DNA of 64,000 nucleotides from Escherichia coli (GTDB lineage Bacteria; Pseudomonadota; Gammaproteobacteria; Enterobacterales; Enterobacteriaceae): NCBI RefSeq assembly GCF_003790525.1, contig NZ_CP033635.1; one strand, 5' to 3'. Shown piece by piece: positions 60,495 to 64,000 of this stretch (position 1 is its first letter; each line of letters starts with the position of its first letter). The notes under the pieces were generated by a model. It saw only the letters and a program-made list of their open reading frames with translations, ran no database searches and was not told where the DNA came from. The position numbers and the translations under genes were made by a program.

Positions 60495-60590
60495 TCAAAT
60501 AAACCAGCCAAATCTCATAGAGATAAGAGTAAATAAACCAACAGCAGCAAAGACATTTATCAGTACTACAGTTCTACTGGAAACATTCAT
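60495..60590 (-). CDS. yncL: small membrane protein YncL
   Basis: Minus-strand 31-codon ORF MNVSSRTVVLINVFAAVGLFTLISMRFGWFI; recognised as the K-12 small protein YncL. Confidence 0.7.
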   Translation of the reverse strand: MNVSSRTVVLINVFAAVGLFTLISMRFGWFI

Positions 60591-60784
60591 TTTTGCCACC
60601 TTTTATCATTGCCCCTATGTGTATAGTACGGGTTCAGAAAATCCGCAATAATACTCATTCTGAAGATGGATAAGGGCAAGTTGCTGTTAGATGATTTTTT
60701 CTCAAACGGGTGAAAAAACTTGATGCACGTCAAAAAATGACGCATATTTGCGCGCGTTTTATTCATCTGGCTGGACGCCCGTAC

Positions 60785-60958
60785 ATGTCTCTCTATCAAC
60801 ACATGCTTGTTTTTTATGCGGTTATGGCAGCAATCGCATTTCTTATCACCTGGTTTCTTTCTCACGATAAGAAACGCATCCGTTTCTTAAGCGCCTTTCT
60901 GGTGGGGGCAACATGGCCGATGAGTTTCCCGGTGGCGCTGTTGTTTTCACTGTTTTAA
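60785..60958 (+). CDS. ortT: orphan membrane toxin OrtT
   Basis: ORF track 60710..60958; internal start MSLYQHMLVFYAVMAAIAFLITWFL gives 57 aa. Confidence 0.75.
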   Translation: MSLYQHMLVFYAVMAAIAFLITWFLSHDKKRIRFLSAFLVGATWPMSFPVALLFSLF

Positions 60959-61043
60959 ATCTTACTCACTGGCTTGACGGCACCACGCAGACTTATATCA
61001 TTTGGATGAATCGATAAATTTCACAAGTGGCTAAGGAGAAAGT

Positions 61044-61277
61044 ATGTCGCATCTGGATGAAGTCATCGCGCGCGTGGATGCCGCGATTGAAGAGAGCGTC
61101 ATTGCCCATATGAACGAATTATTAATCGCCCTGAGCGATGACGCGGAGTTAAGTCGGGAAGATCGCTACACCCAGCAGCAGCGTTTGCGCACAGCGATCG
61201 CCCATCACGGTCGCAAGCATAAAGAAGATATGGAAGCGCGCCATGAACAGTTAACCAAAGGCGGCACCATCCTGTGA
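61044..61277 (+). CDS. ydcY: DUF2526-family small protein
   Basis: 77-aa ORF MSHLDEVIARVDAAIEESVIAHMNELL...; convergent with ydcZ. Confidence 0.8.
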   Translation: MSHLDEVIARVDAAIEESVIAHMNELLIALSDDAELSREDRYTQQQRLRTAIAHHGRKHKEDMEARHEQLTKGGTIL

Positions 61278-61727
61278 TTAAAATGAGCGTCTGGCTACCA
61301 ACCAGGCGCCAACCACAAGTAAAATTGCGCCACAAATTGGGCCGAACAACGCCCGTAGTGGTACGCCATGACTGCGGAAGATATCCAGAACCAGACCGCC
61401 AATCAGCTGGCTGGCGACCAGTACTGCAATAGTTGTCGCCGCTCCCACATTCTGATATCCGCTGATACTGGCGAAGACAAAAAACGATCCCAGCAAGCCA
61501 GGTATAAGTGTCCACCAGCGCACGCTGGACACCAGTTCGCCAAACCCCGCCATACCTTGTTTAAACCATAAAATAGAAACAAAGAGCACAATCCCCACCA
61601 GTGAGTTCAGCAACATGGCGATGAGAATGGTAGAGGAGGTCTGGGTGATGCGCACCATCAGCGTGTTTTGCACCACCAGACCAATTCCGGCGGCAATCAA
61701 AAAGGCAAGGGTGAGCGACTGATTCAT
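61278..61727 (-). CDS. ydcZ: DMT-superfamily (DUF606) inner membrane protein
   Basis: 149-aa polytopic ORF; start overlaps the mnaT stop by 4 nt. Confidence 0.85.
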   Translation of the reverse strand: MNQSLTLAFLIAAGIGLVVQNTLMVRITQTSSTILIAMLLNSLVGIVLFVSILWFKQGMAGFGELVSSVRWWTLIPGLLGSFFVFASISGYQNVGAATTIAVLVASQLIGGLVLDIFRSHGVPLRALFGPICGAILLVVGAWLVARRSF

Positions 61728-62242
61728 CCAATCGCGTCCGGTTCACTGCGTTCGTCGAGTTGCAACTGCATAAATGTCAGATCCAGCCAGCGCCCAAATT
61801 TAGTGCCCACCTGCGGCATTTGCGCGGTGACGACAAATCCCAGCGACTGGTGCAGATGCAAAGACGCCTGATTTTGCGATTCGATCCCGGCGACCATGAC
61901 ATGCTTCCCGCAATCCCTCGCTTCATCAATCAATCGGCTTAACAATTTACGCCCAAGACCTTTGCCCTGATGATCGGGATGGACATAAATCGAATGTTCC
62001 ACGGTATGGCGAAAACCATCGAAACTACGCCAGTCGCCAAACGAGGCATATCCCGTCACTACGCCATCTTGTTCACTCACCAGCACCGGATAACCAGCTA
62101 AAGTCCGCGCTTCAAACCAGGCAATGCGATTATCTGCATCCACCGTTTGGTCATTCCAGATAGCCGCCGTATACAACACGGCGTGGTTATAAATTTCCGC
62201 AATGGCAGCACAGTCGGCTTTGCGGGCAAAACGGATGGACAT
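61724..62242 (-). CDS. mnaT: GNAT-family L-amino acid N-acyltransferase
   Basis: ORF track 61724..62476; start at MSIRFARKADCAAIAEIYNHAV gives 172 aa. Confidence 0.85.
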   Translation of the reverse strand: MSIRFARKADCAAIAEIYNHAVLYTAAIWNDQTVDADNRIAWFEARTLAGYPVLVSEQDGVVTGYASFGDWRSFDGFRHTVEHSIYVHPDHQGKGLGRKLLSRLIDEARDCGKHVMVAGIESQNQASLHLHQSLGFVVTAQMPQVGTKFGRWLDLTFMQLQLDERSEPDAIG

Positions 62243-62422
62243 GTCTGGCCTCGATAAAATAATGATGATGATGTTATCAATACTATCGAAAACAGCCCGA
62301 AGCAACGGATTCCTCGATGAAATTATTGCGTGTTGCAGAGGGGATGTGACGGCTGCAAACAAAACCAATCCCGTGAGCCTGCTACTATTGATGGATTCAT
62401 GCCAAAAGCACAGGAGAGCACT

Positions 62423-63460
62423 ATGGGGCAACAAAAGCAGCGTAACCGCCGTTGGGTTCTGGCCTCGCGTCCGCATGGCGCGCCGGTTCCGGAGAATTTC
62501 CGTCTTGAAGAAGATGATGTCGCCACACCGGGTGAAGGTCAGGTGTTACTGCGCACAGTTTATTTGTCACTGGACCCGTATATGCGTGGACGTATGAGCG
62601 ATGAGCCATCTTATTCACCGCCGGTTGATATTGGCGGCGTGATGGTCGGCGGTACGGTGAGCCGTGTCGTGGAGTCGAATCATCCTGATTATCAGCCTGG
62701 CGACTGGGTGCTGGGCTACAGTGGATGGCAGGACTATGACATATCCAGTGGTGATGATCTGGTGAAACTTGGCGATCATCCGCAAAATCCATCGTGGTCG
62801 CTGGGTGTGCTGGGGATGCCAGGCTTTACCGCTTATATGGGGCTGCTGGATATCGGTCAGCCTAAAGAGGGCGAAACGCTGGTGGTAGCTGCGGCGACAG
62901 GACCAGTGGGGGCGACGGTGGGGCAAATCGGCAAACTTAAAGGTTGCAGGGTGGTGGGGGTTGCCGGTGGCGCGGAAAAATGCCGCCATGCCACCGAAGT
63001 GCTGGGTTTTGATGTTTGCCTTGACCATCACGCGGATGATTTTGCCGAACAACTGGCGAAAGCGTGCCCAAAAGGTATTGATATCTATTATGAAAACGTT
63101 GGTGGTAAGGTATTTGATGCGGTGCTACCGTTACTCAATACATCTGCGCGCATTCCCGTCTGCGGCTTAGTGAGCAGCTATAACGCTACAGAGCTACCAC
63201 CCGGTCCGGATCGTTTACCCCTGTTGATGGCTACGGTGCTGAAAAAACGCATTCGATTACAAGGGTTTATTATTGGTCAGGATTATGGTCACCGTATCCA
63301 TGAGTTTCAGCAGGAGATGGGACAATGGGTGAAAGAGGGGAAAATTCACTATCGTGAACAAATTACCAACGGTTTGGAGAACGCCCCACAGACGTTTATT
63401 GGCCTGCTGAACGGCAAAAACTTCGGTAAAGTTGTTATTCGCGTCGCGGATGATGATTAA
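62423..63460 (+). CDS. curA: NADPH-dependent curcumin/dihydrocurcumin reductase (MDR superfamily)
   Basis: ORF track 62330..63460; start at MGQQKQRNRRWVLASRPHG gives 345 aa; Rossmann motif AAATGPVGATVGQ. Confidence 0.88.
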   Translation: MGQQKQRNRRWVLASRPHGAPVPENFRLEEDDVATPGEGQVLLRTVYLSLDPYMRGRMSDEPSYSPPVDIGGVMVGGTVSRVVESNHPDYQPGDWVLGYSGWQDYDISSGDDLVKLGDHPQNPSWSLGVLGMPGFTAYMGLLDIGQPKEGETLVVAAATGPVGATVGQIGKLKGCRVVGVAGGAEKCRHATEVLGFDVCLDHHADDFAEQLAKACPKGIDIYYENVGGKVFDAVLPLLNTSARIPVCGLVSSYNATELPPGPDRLPLLMATVLKKRIRLQGFIIGQDYGHRIHEFQQEMGQWVKEGKIHYREQITNGLENAPQTFIGLLNGKNFGKVVIRVADDD

Positions 63461-63658
63461 AGATACGACGGCGGCATAAAGCCGCCATAAAAATCCAGGC
63501 AAAAATCTTTTTTCCAGCTTTAATTAACTTACCACTTCTCTGTTCTGTAGCTAATAACAATAAAGGTGAGTGGATAATGATTATTCAGCTTCATACGCCA
63601 GGTAAACGACTTCTGCTGTGCTGGCAGAGTTGGAACGAAAACACCTGAAGGAAATAAC

Positions 63659-64000
63659 ATGCCTGGAACGGAAAAAATACCGCATATCAGTTTAACTATG
63701 CAGGTTGAGAACGACCTGAAACATCAGCTTAGTATTGGCGCACTAAAACCTGGCGCACGCCTGATTACTAAAAATCTGGCGGAGCAATTAGGTATGAGTA
63801 TTACACCCGTGCGTGAAGCATTATTACGTCTGGTTTCGGTGAATGCGCTTTCTGTCGCACCAGCGCAAGCATTTACAGTTCCGGAAGTGGGGAAATGTCA
63901 ATTAGACGAAATCAATCGGATCCGCTACGAACTGGAATTAATGGCAGTTGCTCTGGCTGTTGAAAACCTCACCCCGCAAGACCTGGCGGAATTCCATGAT
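63659..64000 (+). CDS. mcbR: GntR/FadR-family transcriptional regulator McbR, N-terminal part (runs off the window)
   Basis: ORF MPGTEKIPHISLTMQVENDLKHQLSIGALKPGARLITKNLAEQLGMSITPVREALLRL with GntR-type HTH; preceded by RBS aggaaa. Confidence 0.8.
   Translation, partial: MPGTEKIPHISLTMQVENDLKHQLSIGALKPGARLITKNLAEQLGMSITPVREALLRLVSVNALSVAPAQAFTVPEVGKCQLDEINRIRYELELMAVALAVENLTPQDLAEFHD

Noticed and set aside
60710-60784. Upstream extension of ortT to an 82-aa ORF (MKKLDARQKMTHICARF...)
   Set aside because: The known OrtT is 57 aa starting MSLYQHM; the extension would run through the likely promoter region.

Overview
This window reads as Escherichia coli chromosomal core sequence, collinear with the K-12 ttcA–uspF–ompN–ydbK ... 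patD–curA–mcbR region, but from a strain that differs from K-12 MG1655 at several points. Almost every ORF over 60 aa on the track is assignable from memory to a known E. coli gene; no search was run. The only mobile DNA is one IS4 copy (about 1.4 kb) inserted into ydcO with a 12-bp target-site duplication. Other departures from the K-12 arrangement are: ttcA lies directly next to uspF (no Rac prophage); ydbL lies directly next to ydbA (no feaRB-tynA-paa cluster); ydbA is one intact 1984-codon autotransporter ORF carrying a 21-bp tandem repeat array; gapC is an intact 333-codon ORF; ydbD is split by a frame change in an A5 run; and there is no insQ between ydcL and ydcO. Small RNAs MicC and RydC and three toxin loci (hokB, hicAB, ortT) are recognisable. 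I find no CRISPR array, no integrase or phage module, and no defence-island-like gene cluster. The best candidate for something still biochemically undescribed is the conserved ynbABCD operon, whose domain content suggests an uncharacterised phospholipid-like head-group pathway. Coordinates derived by hand (sRNAs, IS ends, adjusted starts, terminators) may be off by 1-3 nt.
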